Of a stretch of DNA of 40,597 bases, positions 1-8,562 are shown piece after piece. The DNA comes from a virus. Every line of letters begins with the position of its first letter. The first letter of the stretch is position 1. Position numbers and translations under genes: made by a program. The notes under the pieces were generated by a model, which saw nothing but the letters and a program-made list of their open reading frames with translations, was not told the origin of the DNA and searched no databases. The stretch lies in UHGV virus genome UHGV-0183645; one strand, 5' to 3'.

Positions 1-3
1 GTG

Positions 4-33
4 CAAGCACCTGGGGAAACCGGGTGCTTTTGT
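4..33 (+). terminator. Rho-independent terminator-like hairpin (GCACCTGG-gaaa-CCGGGTGC then TTTTGTT)
   Basis: 8-bp GC-rich stem (one G-U wobble) with a GAAA loop and a T-rich tail at the very start of the window. It would terminate the gene ending at 40597 if the contig is circular. Confidence 0.45.
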
Positions 34-57
34 TATGCCCGGAAGGAGGTGGTGCGT

Positions 58-288
58 ATGGTAAAAAAATTGAAATTTGAATGGAGGTTATTTAGACGGC
101 AGTTCCATCCATTGTGTGGTATCAATATTATCCACATGACTGATAGCAAAGGCAACTACGAAATGTCATATCTTACGTTCTTAAAAACTCCAATGGGAAC
201 AGAAAGTGTGTTTCGGATTGGTTTTGATAAGAATACGGTGAAAAAAGAGGCATTACCGAATTGGATAAAGCACATGTTGGAAGGGTAG
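58..288 (+). CDS. hypothetical small protein (76 aa)
   Basis: ATG at 58 preceded by a GGAAGGAGGTGGTG RBS. No recognisable motifs. Confidence 0.45.
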   Translation: MVKKLKFEWRLFRRQFHPLCGINIIHMTDSKGNYEMSYLTFLKTPMGTESVFRIGFDKNTVKKEALPNWIKHMLEG

Positions 289-317
289 GAGGTAAAATAG
301 AATGCCTCCCTACAATG

Positions 318-521
318 CTATAACGTTTCTGGTGCCTGCGCTATAATAGGACATTTGTTTGAATCACATTTGTCACCAAACATATTGTATCTGCATTCGG
401 CCATTCCTTTTTCATAACGGCGTCGTTGAGTGTCATTAAGTGATGTAACATCTATGTACTCAACTGTGATACTATAGTCTTTATTTTGCGCGGGGCAGAA
501 TCCAGAGAAGGTTTTACGCAT
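318..521 (-). CDS. hypothetical Cys-rich small protein (67 aa)
   Basis: Second in-frame ATG (521) has an AAGGGGGTGA RBS. Minus-strand -35 TTGATT / 16 nt / -10 TATACT lies just upstream. Orientation is opposite to the tail genes. Confidence 0.45.
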   Translation of the reverse strand: MRKTFSGFCPAQNKDYSITVEYIDVTSLNDTQRRRYEKGMAECRYNMFGDKCDSNKCPIIAQAPETL

Positions 522-589
522 TATATCACCCCCTTCCATGAATTAGTATATCATATGTACGTTTAAAATCAATAAGAGAGGTGGTGCTT

Positions 590-979
590 ATGTCTGCATA
601 CAAAGGCTGGCTATTAAAATTCGATGGACGAGAGCTTCCGATGGACTTCATAGCCCACGCTTCGTACAATGCAACCCCGGACCAGAGGCAGGATGAGGAT
701 TCCTACCAGGACGGATATGGGATATTACACCGAAATGTGTTGCCGCATACCAGAACAAAAATCGAGTGGTCTACTCCGTTTATGCATCTGGCTGATAAGA
801 TAAGGATGCAATCATATTTCCCGGACCGTGTGACCATGGAGGTAGAATACTGGAACGATGAGAGGAACGCATATGTTACGGGAACATTTTACGTACCAGA
901 TATTCAATTTCCATATTATGACACCAGTGAAAACGATATACGATATAATCCCATCCGTATTGCACTAATTGAGTATTAA
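590..979 (+). CDS. phage tail component, possibly a minimal distal tail protein (Dit-like)
   Basis: ATG 590 after an AGAGAGGTGGTG RBS. 130 aa. Lies immediately upstream of the Tal-like gene. Assignment is positional only. Confidence 0.35.
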   Translation: MSAYKGWLLKFDGRELPMDFIAHASYNATPDQRQDEDSYQDGYGILHRNVLPHTRTKIEWSTPFMHLADKIRMQSYFPDRVTMEVEYWNDERNAYVTGTFYVPDIQFPYYDTSENDIRYNPIRIALIEY

Positions 980-991
980 GGAGGTGGTAAG

Positions 992-3073
992 GTGCTGGAT
1001 GTACCAGAGTTTGTGAAACATAGATGCCGTGGAGACAATAACAGGATGGAGACAGTGAAACATCTGGAGCTGTCTTTTTTTAATGGCGGAGTTGATACAC
1101 TGTATCCAGCAAATGACCTGTACCCAGCCGATAACCTGTATCCATCCGACGCGGGGACGCCGTGGCTGACCATCCCAATGGAGCAGATATGCGCGGAGAC
1201 ATTGAGCCTTACCGAAAACTTGTCCTCCGGAAGTAATATCATCTGGGGAAGCTGCGAGGCGGCTAAGTTTGTGGTTACAGTAGCCGACGTAGAGGACGAG
1301 ATTGAGGGCCGGGAGTTTACTGCCACACTGAGTATAGGCGATTATAAGATGGCCTACGGTATCTATGTAGTTGATAGCGTAGTACGGCAGGCTGACCGCA
1401 GAAAGCATAAAATCACGGCCTATGACCGGATGATTAAGTTTGATGTGGATGTCTCAGACTGGTACCATTCAATGTACCCCACAGACGATACCACGCATAC
1501 CATCCAGGAGCTGCGGGACAGTCTTTGCGAGCACATAGGAGTACCACAGCAGCAGACAGTGCTAATCAATGACGAGATGGTGGTCGGCAAGACTATCAGC
1601 CCTGAATCATTGTGCGGCCGAGATGTGCTTAAGGCTATCTGTGAGATTAGTGGTGTGTTCGGCCACTTTGACCGCACTGGCATGTTGACGTATATCAGCC
1701 TGCAGGATACCGGCCTGTATCCGTCTGATACCCTGTATCCTGGAGACGACCTGTATCCGCAGTCCGGATGGGCTGCCGCAGAGGAACTGGAGTATTACAA
1801 AACCATCACTTACGAGGATTATCTGATAGATGGGATAGACCGGGTACAGGTGCGGCAGGAAGATGGAGACATCGGCGCCGTGGTCGGTTCTGGCAGCAAC
1901 GCTTATATAGTGGAGGGTAACTTTTTGGCCTATGGCCTGGGGAGCGCAGACCTTACCAAACTGGCTTGGTCCATTTATGATTCCATTGCTGGCAAAACAT
2001 ACCGGCCGGCTAAAATAGTATCCTATGCTATGCCCTGGATAGAGGTGGGAGACGGCCTGCGGGCAATCACTACGGACACGGAGATAGCTACATTTGTGCT
2101 TACCCGGACCATGAGCGGCATACAGGCCATGATGGATACCGTGGAGGCTAAGGGGACCAAGACGCAAGGACAGAGTTTTGGTGTTGAGAATGAAATCATC
2201 CAATTGAAAGGCAAGACAGCCGTTATAGTGCGTAACGTGGACGAGGTATCAGCCACGGTGACGGACCTGGAGAAGCATACCACGGCTCAATTAAAGGTAG
2301 TGTCTGACCAGATAACCGCAGAAGTTAAGCGGGCCACGGACCAGGAGGTGGAATTGGCCGGCAGCATAAGTGTTCTGGCCGGACAGATTGAAGCCAAAGT
2401 AAGCCGTGGGGATTTGGTAGCCGCCATCAATCTGGAGGTGAATAAGGCCGGATCATGTATCACTATGGAGGCCGGGCATTTTATTTTTAAAGGCAGCAAC
2501 TTTTATGTCAATGAAGATGGTTCCGGTGGTGCCGCTAACGGGAACCTTGCTTGGGATGCCTCCGGCGGGGTGGTTGCTAAGAATATAAAACTGATAATGG
2601 CAGACATCTCTGGTACAACCAACACAAGCACAATTGGCTGTAGTACACTCAGTGCCCAAAATGCTAATATTGACCGCCTGACCGTGAATGGTACAACAGA
2701 GATGGGGGACATCGTGTGTAGGGATGTGTATGGTGACGATATTGAATGTACACAGATATATAGCAGCAGGGCAGGGCAATGGTGGAGTGATAAGCGGCTG
2801 AAATATAATATAATGCCAATTGATACGGAGGAGGCTCTGAGAGTGGTGTTGGGGCTGCGCCCAGTAACCTTCTGCATTAAGGGGACGGATAAAGTGGATA
2901 TGGGTTTCATTGCGCAGGAAGTAATAGAATTAGAATCAACATTGCCCTTATATGGGGAAAAGGATGGATTCTATAGCCTTCCATACCCAAACTATACGTC
3001 ACCTTTGGCTGGCTCAGTACAAGCCCTGTATAACAGGATTATAAGATTGGAGGATGTGGTATATGCCAACTGA
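992..3073 (+). CDS. tail-associated protein (Tal-like N-terminal region) with C-terminal intramolecular-chaperone (peptidase S74-like) auto-processing domain; receptor-binding tail fibre/spike
   Basis: GTG start 5 nt after AAGGAGGTGG. 693 aa. The C-terminal ~130 aa (…MPIDTEEALRVVLGLRPVTF…GFIAQEV…) resembles the chaperone domain of endosialidase/tail-fibre proteins. Two sets of three tandem xDxLYP hexapeptide repeats are present. Confidence 0.65.
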   Translation: MLDVPEFVKHRCRGDNNRMETVKHLELSFFNGGVDTLYPANDLYPADNLYPSDAGTPWLTIPMEQICAETLSLTENLSSGSNIIWGSCEAAKFVVTVADVEDEIEGREFTATLSIGDYKMAYGIYVVDSVVRQADRRKHKITAYDRMIKFDVDVSDWYHSMYPTDDTTHTIQELRDSLCEHIGVPQQQTVLINDEMVVGKTISPESLCGRDVLKAICEISGVFGHFDRTGMLTYISLQDTGLYPSDTLYPGDDLYPQSGWAAAEELEYYKTITYEDYLIDGIDRVQVRQEDGDIGAVVGSGSNAYIVEGNFLAYGLGSADLTKLAWSIYDSIAGKTYRPAKIVSYAMPWIEVGDGLRAITTDTEIATFVLTRTMSGIQAMMDTVEAKGTKTQGQSFGVENEIIQLKGKTAVIVRNVDEVSATVTDLEKHTTAQLKVVSDQITAEVKRATDQEVELAGSISVLAGQIEAKVSRGDLVAAINLEVNKAGSCITMEAGHFIFKGSNFYVNEDGSGGAANGNLAWDASGGVVAKNIKLIMADISGTTNTSTIGCSTLSAQNANIDRLTVNGTTEMGDIVCRDVYGDDIECTQIYSSRAGQWWSDKRLKYNIMPIDTEEALRVVLGLRPVTFCIKGTDKVDMGFIAQEVIELESTLPLYGEKDGFYSLPYPNYTSPLAGSVQALYNRIIRLEDVVYAN

Positions 3074-3293
3074 TAAGGATAAAGATATGGTAGTGTATAG
3101 CCAGAAGGATATACTGGTGATTGGAAATCTAATAAATTCCCTGGAATTCAAAGGGGTGGAGTCGGCGCGGAAGATAGCAACAATAGGGACATTGCTGGAG
3201 ACAGGGAAGCCGCTGGAGAATTATCTTAAAGAGAGGAGTGATGAGGATGGGACTACTGAGCAGGATGAGCAGGGCAGCGACAGCGTTGACTAA
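3063..3293 (+). CDS. hypothetical small protein
   Basis: ORF overlapping the end of the Tal-like gene and the start of the fibre gene. No clear RBS. Confidence 0.3.
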   Translation: MPTDKDKDMVVYSQKDILVIGNLINSLEFKGVESARKIATIGTLLETGKPLENYLKERSDEDGTTEQDEQGSDSVD

Positions 3294-4470
3294 ATACTAT
3301 TTTCCGTTTACCTGGCGGAATAAGCCGAGTCTTGAATCACCAATCAACGAGGTACATCTGAACCACATGGAGGATGGAATAAATGAAATGGATAACCGTA
3401 TCCTCCTTCTGGCCCAGGACAAGGCGGACGCCGCGGATATGGCGAATGTAATCATTGATTTTACCATGGATGATACCACAGGCGTCATGACCTTCACACG
3501 CTTTGATGGTTCAACCTTTACGCATGACACGGCTGTTGAAAAGATTGCGCTTAATTGCTATCTGGAGGGTGACAATTTTGTGCTGGAGCTGGCCGATGGG
3601 ACCAAACAAAAGGTATCCCTAAGCAAGTTTATAGACACGTATACCTTCACAAGCACGGACCGGATACGATTCACAGTCAATGGCAAGAACATATCAGCGG
3701 ACATTCCTGACGGGAAAATCACCCTGGCGAAATTAGAGCCTACAGTCATGTCCACCATCCGCCAGTATACCCTGGATGCGCAGACGTCCAAAGGTGTGGC
3801 GGAACAGGCAGCCAGTACGGCGCAGGGCTGGGCCATCGGAGGCACCGGATTTGAAGGCAATAATGCAAAATATTATGCAAGCAAGTCACAGAGGTATGCG
3901 GTTGGAGGTGTGGAAGAAGGAGATGCAAAAGATAATGCAAAGGCATACTGCGAGGCAGCTAAAGGCTATGCAGAACAGTGTGCAGGGGTTACGGAATTTG
4001 ACGGTACGGCAACATCCGTTAAGGCAACAGATACACAGGGGCTTGTCGTAGCTGCCGGAGCGGACAGTAATGCCCAGGCCCTGCTGGATGCGCTGGCCCG
4101 TAAGGTTGCCCTGGAGCTGGTAAGCAATACAGCCCTTACCACGAAATTGGCGGATTATCTTAAAAAGACTGATATCGTGCAGACAGAGTCCACAGCTACA
4201 AATAAGGTCCCATCCAGCGCGTACCTTAAGCAGGTAAAAGATAGCATAGATAGCAATTTAGCAAAAACTAATGCAAAGGTGACTTTAAACGGCGTCAAGA
4301 ACATTAATGGTTTTACAGCCGTGTATTCTGACCGAACTGACCGGGCATTCCAGCTATATTATGATAACGGTGAGATTGCGTCAATCGCATTTAACAACAC
4401 CGGTATCTGGTATGATTTTTATGACGGACGAAACTGGAAGCAGGTTTGGAAATTTAATAAGCCATCATAA
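3241..4470 (+). CDS. tail fibre protein
   Basis: AGAGAGGAG RBS. Ala/Lys-rich repeats (NAKYYASKSQRYA…DAKDNAKAYCEAAKGYAE) are reminiscent of lambdoid side-tail-fibre repeats. Position is downstream of Tal. Confidence 0.5.
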   Translation: MRMGLLSRMSRAATALTKYYFPFTWRNKPSLESPINEVHLNHMEDGINEMDNRILLLAQDKADAADMANVIIDFTMDDTTGVMTFTRFDGSTFTHDTAVEKIALNCYLEGDNFVLELADGTKQKVSLSKFIDTYTFTSTDRIRFTVNGKNISADIPDGKITLAKLEPTVMSTIRQYTLDAQTSKGVAEQAASTAQGWAIGGTGFEGNNAKYYASKSQRYAVGGVEEGDAKDNAKAYCEAAKGYAEQCAGVTEFDGTATSVKATDTQGLVVAAGADSNAQALLDALARKVALELVSNTALTTKLADYLKKTDIVQTESTATNKVPSSAYLKQVKDSIDSNLAKTNAKVTLNGVKNINGFTAVYSDRTDRAFQLYYDNGEIASIAFNNTGIWYDFYDGRNWKQVWKFNKPS

Positions 4471-4826
4471 TAATCATTTTGTGCTGAAGGCATATAGGTT
4501 CGTAAGGTTTGGAACTTGACTGTTATAACCAATAAATCGTACGGTATCACCTTTACGCACAGAAAACCATATAGGCATTGACGAATTGACTGTGACATCA
4601 TTATTGACCCAAAAAATATTTATCCCATTTATAAGTACATTACAACCCTGAGCTGAGATGTTAAAACCAATGGAACCACAAACTATACAATCCTCTGTAG
4701 CTGCCCAACTTGTACCGTTAGCAAACCCATCTTTAATTTTTTTGCTGGTGTCTATGTATGGTAAATTGCTATTTTAAATAAGTTAACAGGCAGTTTGGGC
4801 GAATTAGAAGGGAAATTGGTTTAAAA

Positions 4827-5216
4827 CTATTCCTCGATATACCAATATTTACGGGTCCGATTATATGGTTCTATACCATGTTCCTGGCAATACATATTAT
4901 ACTTTATTTCCAGCTTTGTAGAAGATTTACATTCCTGTTTTAGACATTTTGAAATCGCCGCATTTGTTTCACGCCCGTCTATAAAATGATAGTGCAGATG
5001 TTTATCCAAAGTGTTTTCTTTATAGCCCAGAAGCCTGCTTGGATAAAAGGAGTAGCGATTTTTACTTTTATCGTAGATGCACAAGAAAACAAGTCCTCTT
5101 TTTATATATCCGAGTATTTCCTTATACTCAGGAGATGTTGTTTTTGAAAGATAGGACTCAAAAGTTGATATATTTTCCAATATATCATTGAGACTCGTAA
5201 CTAAAGTGGCATTCAT
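4827..5216 (-). CDS. hypothetical protein (129 aa), independently transcribed moron
   Basis: ATG with a perfect AAGGAGGT RBS. Own minus-strand promoter. Markedly AT-rich relative to flanking structural genes. No recognisable domain. Confidence 0.6.
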   Translation of the reverse strand: MNATLVTSLNDILENISTFESYLSKTTSPEYKEILGYIKRGLVFLCIYDKSKNRYSFYPSRLLGYKENTLDKHLHYHFIDGRETNAAISKCLKQECKSSTKLEIKYNMYCQEHGIEPYNRTRKYWYIEE

Positions 5217-5247
5217 ATGCTATACCTCCTTATATGGTTGTGGCTAA

Positions 5248-5276
5248 AATATAGCATATCCAAGGCTGGAAGTCAA
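5248..5276 (-). promoter_or_regulatory. sigma70-like promoter for 4827..5216 (-35 TTGACT, 17-nt spacer, -10 TATATT on minus strand)
   Basis: Read directly from the sequence. Spacing is consensus-like. Confidence 0.45.
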
Positions 5277-5378
5277 AAGTGTATATGTGATGAAAAAAAA
5301 ATGAATCGTAACCTGCAAATCAGGTCCCTAAACCAGGGGCTTATTTTATTGCCCGGAAGGGCAGAAAGGAATGAATCT

Positions 5379-5789
5379 ATGAATGAAAAGATTGTATTGA
5401 AAAACGGGAAGGAGTACCCGCTGGTCATCGGCGGCACATCCTCCACGCCCAGCACGCTGAGGCTTATCTTTCAGACAGCGGAGCCGCTGGAGGATATCGT
5501 GTCCTTGTTTGCGGATGCGGCAGCCACGGAGCAGATTAAGACCATTAATGAGGATGGCAGTACCCTGGCCGTATATGATGGCTATACGGTGCTGGATAAC
5601 CCAAAGAGTATTGATGACAACTACCTTATCACGCCAGAGCAGTACGGGGAGGACGGTGCCGTCACCGCCGAGGCCGTATATGGTCGTGTGGCGCTCCTGA
5701 CGCTCTCACAGCCGGGTGTAGGGGTGCAGGTGGATAAACTTAGGGCCGATGTCGATTACGTGGCTATTATGGCCGGTATTGATTTATAG
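5379..5789 (+). CDS. XkdW-like phage protein (tail-fibre-associated), tentative
   Basis: 136 aa from an ATG with an AAAGGAA RBS. Precedes an XkdX-family gene as in PBSX-like tail-fibre/lysis junctions. Confidence 0.35.
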   Translation: MNEKIVLKNGKEYPLVIGGTSSTPSTLRLIFQTAEPLEDIVSLFADAAATEQIKTINEDGSTLAVYDGYTVLDNPKSIDDNYLITPEQYGEDGAVTAEAVYGRVALLTLSQPGVGVQVDKLRADVDYVAIMAGIDL

Positions 5790-5803
5790 GAGGAGATGAG
5801 ACC

Positions 5804-5938
5804 ATGGATGTGAAAGCATTAGCGATAAAGTATTACCCAAAGCTGTGGGACATTGACCGGCTTAAGGCCCTGGTGGCCGCGGGTAAACTGTCCGAGGCGG
5901 ACTACAAGGAGATTACCGGAGAGGACTACACAAAATAA
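5804..5938 (+). CDS. xkdX: XkdX-family small phage protein
   Basis: 44 aa. The motif …KLWDIDRLKALVAAGKLSEADYKEITGEDY matches the XkdX signature (GKIT.EEYK.ITGE.Y). AGGAGG RBS. Missed by the ORF track because it is under 60 aa. Confidence 0.6.
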   Translation: MDVKALAIKYYPKLWDIDRLKALVAAGKLSEADYKEITGEDYTK

Positions 5939-5947
5939 GGAGACATC

Positions 5948-6289
5948 ATGGATGTGATAGCACAATACATAAGTGTTCATTGGGTGGAATGGTTGTTTGT
6001 AGCCATCTCCACCCTTTTAGGATTTGGGTATCGTCAGATACTCAAGAGGCAAAAGGAGGAATCCGTAAAGACAGCGGCCCTCCATGATGGTATGCAGGCA
6101 CTTTTGAGGGACCGTATCATACAGGCCTACAATCATTATCAGGATAAGACATTTTGCCCGATATATGGTAAAGAGAATGTTAAGCGGATGTATGACGCAT
6201 ACCATGTCCTGGGCGGTAATGATGTGGCAACAGAGCTTAAGGACAAACTTATGAAGATGCCGGAGGAGCCGGCAGAAAGAGAGGTATAG
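5948..6289 (+). CDS. lysis-cassette membrane protein with N-terminal TM helix (possible holin-like/XhlA-like)
   Basis: AAGGAG RBS. Hydrophobic N-terminus WVEWLFVAISTLLGFGY. Sits directly before the holin. Confidence 0.4.
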   Translation: MDVIAQYISVHWVEWLFVAISTLLGFGYRQILKRQKEESVKTAALHDGMQALLRDRIIQAYNHYQDKTFCPIYGKENVKRMYDAYHVLGGNDVATELKDKLMKMPEEPAEREV

Positions 6290-6292
6290 AGT

Positions 6293-6553
6293 ATGGATTT
6301 ATCGTTTTTTAGCAATTACACAGTGGTGGTTATCGTGGGTATTTGCCTGATTACAGGCTACATAGCCAAAAAGTGGGTGAAAGACCTGGATAACAAATAC
6401 ATCCCCACCATGGTGGCCCTGCTGGGTGCAGCTCTCAACATCTGGATTATGGGCGGGGTAAGCCCGGATATCATCCTGGCCGGGGCATTTAGCGGGCTGG
6501 CAAGTACGGGCCTGCACCAGGCGTTTAAACAGCTCATAGAGGGTAAACAGTAA
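6293..6553 (+). CDS. holin (phiLC3/LL-H-like, two TM segments)
   Basis: 86 aa with two hydrophobic helices and a charged C-terminus. AGAGAGG RBS. Immediately upstream of the endolysin. Confidence 0.6.
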   Translation: MDLSFFSNYTVVVIVGICLITGYIAKKWVKDLDNKYIPTMVALLGAALNIWIMGGVSPDIILAGAFSGLASTGLHQAFKQLIEGKQ

Positions 6554-6582
6554 TTGCGATATCGCAACTTGTGACGTTACAA
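6554..6582. promoter_or_regulatory. two adjacent TTG-N8-CAA palindromes (TTGCGATATCGCAA perfect; TTGTGACGTTACAA imperfect)
   Basis: Seen directly. Candidate protein-binding site between holin and endolysin. Confidence 0.3.
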
Positions 6583-6590
6583 CTTTTCAT

Positions 6591-6622
6591 GGCTCAGGGA
6601 TGCCCCTGGGCCTTATTTTTTT
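6591..6622 (+). terminator. hairpin GGCTCAGGG-atgc-CCCTGGGCC followed by TTATTTTTTT
   Basis: 9-bp stem with one mismatch and a T-run. Possible partial terminator between holin and endolysin. Confidence 0.4.
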
Positions 6623-6639
6623 GATTGGAGGAAAACACT

Positions 6640-7413
6640 ATGAGTAAAACAGCAACAGGATTAATTCAGCACTGCAAGGACAAACTGGTCACACCCTACG
6701 TTTACGGTGCCAAAGGCGAGGTCCTTACCCAAGCCATCCTTGACCGCCTCGCCCGGGAGAACCCAGGCACATACACATCCACCTACAAAGCCAAGGCGGC
6801 CAAGTACATAGGCCAGCGCTGCACGGACTGTTCCGGCCTCATCAGCTGGTATACGGGCATCCTACGCGGCAGCTACAACTACCACGACACAGCAGCGGAG
6901 CGCGTGAGTATCGGCCATCTGGACGAGTCCATGGTCGGCTGGGCGCTCTGGAAGCCGGGCCACATCGGGGTGTACATAGGTGATGGTTGGTGCATTGAGG
7001 CCAAGGGCATCAACTACGGGACTATCAAGTCCAGAGTGACCGCCACACCCTGGCAGAAGGTCCTCAAGCTCTGCGACATCGACTACACACCGGTCCCAGT
7101 GACATACACCCAGGGCTTCCAGCCGGCCGCAGACGGTAACCGTTGGTGGTATCAGTTTACAGACGGCAGCTATGCGGCCAATGGCTGGTACTGGCTCCGG
7201 GAGGCCACGGACGGCACCTGCGGCTGGTATCTGTTTGACAGCGAGGGCTACATGCTGACCGGCTACCAGGTGGACCCTGCCGGTGAAGCATTTTTACTCT
7301 GTCCAGTCAAGGGCAGCGACGAGGGCAAGTGCATGATTACGGATGCCAGGGGCGTGCTGCGGATTGCAGAAGAGTACGACATGGTAAATCGACGGTACGT
7401 GTTTACATGGTAA
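6640..7413 (+). CDS. endolysin: NlpC/P60-family peptidase domain plus C-terminal choline-binding-type cell-wall-binding repeats
   Basis: Catalytic Cys (DCSGLISW) and His (GHIGVYIG). Repeats GWYWL…GWYLFDSEGYMLTGYQ. GGAGGAA RBS before ATG 6640. Confidence 0.8.
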   Translation: MSKTATGLIQHCKDKLVTPYVYGAKGEVLTQAILDRLARENPGTYTSTYKAKAAKYIGQRCTDCSGLISWYTGILRGSYNYHDTAAERVSIGHLDESMVGWALWKPGHIGVYIGDGWCIEAKGINYGTIKSRVTATPWQKVLKLCDIDYTPVPVTYTQGFQPAADGNRWWYQFTDGSYAANGWYWLREATDGTCGWYLFDSEGYMLTGYQVDPAGEAFLLCPVKGSDEGKCMITDARGVLRIAEEYDMVNRRYVFTW

Positions 7414-7423
7414 GTCCATAAAA

Positions 7424-7447
7424 ACGGCGGGGGTTATTCCTCGCCGT
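7424..7447. terminator. bidirectional hairpin ACGGCG-N12-CGCCGT flanked by an A-run and a T-run
   Basis: Lies between the convergent endolysin (+) and the 7458..7964 (-) genes. Confidence 0.45.
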
Positions 7448-7457
7448 TGAAGTGTGG

Positions 7458-7964
7458 TTATTTTTTTATATCATGTTCTGTGGGTATGACTTTCCACCCC
7501 TTATATGTGCAGCACCCATAGTTTTTTCCGAGCATCGCCCGTTTTGCTCCTGACAGTCCAGTGCTTACATTTCTAAATTCTTTACTATCTGGCATACAGC
7601 CAAATAATTTAAGGCAGTTCTCCCGGAGCCAATAATTCAGACAATGAAATTTATATTCTTTTCCATCAGGACTAATTAAATGCCAGTCCTTTGCATTGAT
7701 ATTTGTCAAGAATTTACCGGATTTTGGACTTTTCTGTGCGGCAGGTGTTCCTAAGGCGAGATTAGCCGTTTTACCCTGCGCGGCTTTTCTGGTCCGGCTT
7801 TCTTCGCACCATTTGTTCGACAGGCCCATATGTATGCGTGAACGATGAATCTTGGAGCATTCCTTACCACAAGTAACGGTTTTATCGGACGGAAAACATG
7901 GGAAGGTTTTCCCACATACGACACAAATCTTGGTGCTTTTTGGCGGCCTTTTAGACAAAATCAC
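7458..7964 (-). CDS. zinc-ribbon protein of unknown function (168 aa)
   Basis: N-terminal CVVCG…CGKEC ribbon plus a further Cys/His-rich C-terminal region. Start overlaps the stop of the upstream HTH gene (translational coupling). Confidence 0.5.
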   Translation of the reverse strand: MILSKRPPKSTKICVVCGKTFPCFPSDKTVTCGKECSKIHRSRIHMGLSNKWCEESRTRKAAQGKTANLALGTPAAQKSPKSGKFLTNINAKDWHLISPDGKEYKFHCLNYWLRENCLKLFGCMPDSKEFRNVSTGLSGAKRAMLGKNYGCCTYKGWKVIPTEHDIKK

Positions 7965-8229
7965 TCACCTCGCAGCCAAGGGCCTTTGCCAATGACAAGG
8001 CATTGCGCAAAGTCATATTTCCAAGGTCCCTTTCTCCAGATTCAAATTTTTGTATCTGGCGGATATTCATTCCCGCAGAGTCGGCCACCTGCTGCTGGGT
8101 CATCCCGGATAGGGAACGTTGATACAGCAGTTTATTGATATTATTATTATGACAATCCCTGCCACGGCTGGAGGCAGAGCAGGCCCCGCATAATCCGTCT
8201 GTCCTGATACAATCTGGGTATCTTCTCAT
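7951..8229 (-). CDS. XRE-family HTH regulator with N-terminal Cys4 cluster
   Basis: AGGAGGTG RBS before ATG 8229. C-terminal LSGMTQQQVADSAGMNIRQIQKFESGER is a classic HTH_XRE. N-terminal CIRTDGLCGAC…CH cluster. Confidence 0.6.
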   Translation of the reverse strand: MRRYPDCIRTDGLCGACSASSRGRDCHNNNINKLLYQRSLSGMTQQQVADSAGMNIRQIQKFESGERDLGNMTLRNALSLAKALGCEVSDFV

Positions 8230-8241
8230 TTTTCGCACCTC

Positions 8242-8562
8242 CTACCAAACTAAATCAAATTCATAATATGCCGGATTACTGGTTTCTACATTATACCAAT
8301 CTCCATCATTGTAACGCTGTTCTAAAAGCGCCTCTCCTTTGAGGTCCTCTGAATCATTGGTGATATCAAATTCCACCGCAATTCCAAGCTCTCTGGCGGC
8401 TGCTAGTGTGTGGTGTTTATCATTCTGCATTGCGTATTCAGTTCCATCAATATAACCAACATAAGTGCAAGGGATGACGACCTTTGTGATACCTTTAATT
8501 TCTTCCATCTTTTTTTCTACGATTTCCCAATCTATGTGGTGCTGGCTGCTGATTATAGTCAT
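8242..8562 (-). CDS. hypothetical acidic protein (106 aa)
   Basis: ATG with a GGAAAGGGGA RBS. First gene of a three-gene minus-strand operon. No motif recognised. Confidence 0.5.
   Translation of the reverse strand: MTIISSQHHIDWEIVEKKMEEIKGITKVVIPCTYVGYIDGTEYAMQNDKHHTLAAARELGIAVEFDITNDSEDLKGEALLEQRYNDGDWYNVETSNPAYYEFDLVW

Noticed and set aside
1607-2910. Several 70-200-aa minus-strand ORFs inside the Tal-like gene
   Set aside because: They are antisense to a well-supported 693-aa gene. They have no RBS and their composition mirrors the sense strand. Treated as spurious.
4474-4777. Start-less minus-strand frame considered as a Mu G-segment-like invertible alternative tail-fibre cassette
   Set aside because: No serine invertase is encoded nearby. 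I could not find inverted crossover repeats flanking it, and it has no similarity to the fibre C-terminus. Kept only as a remnant.
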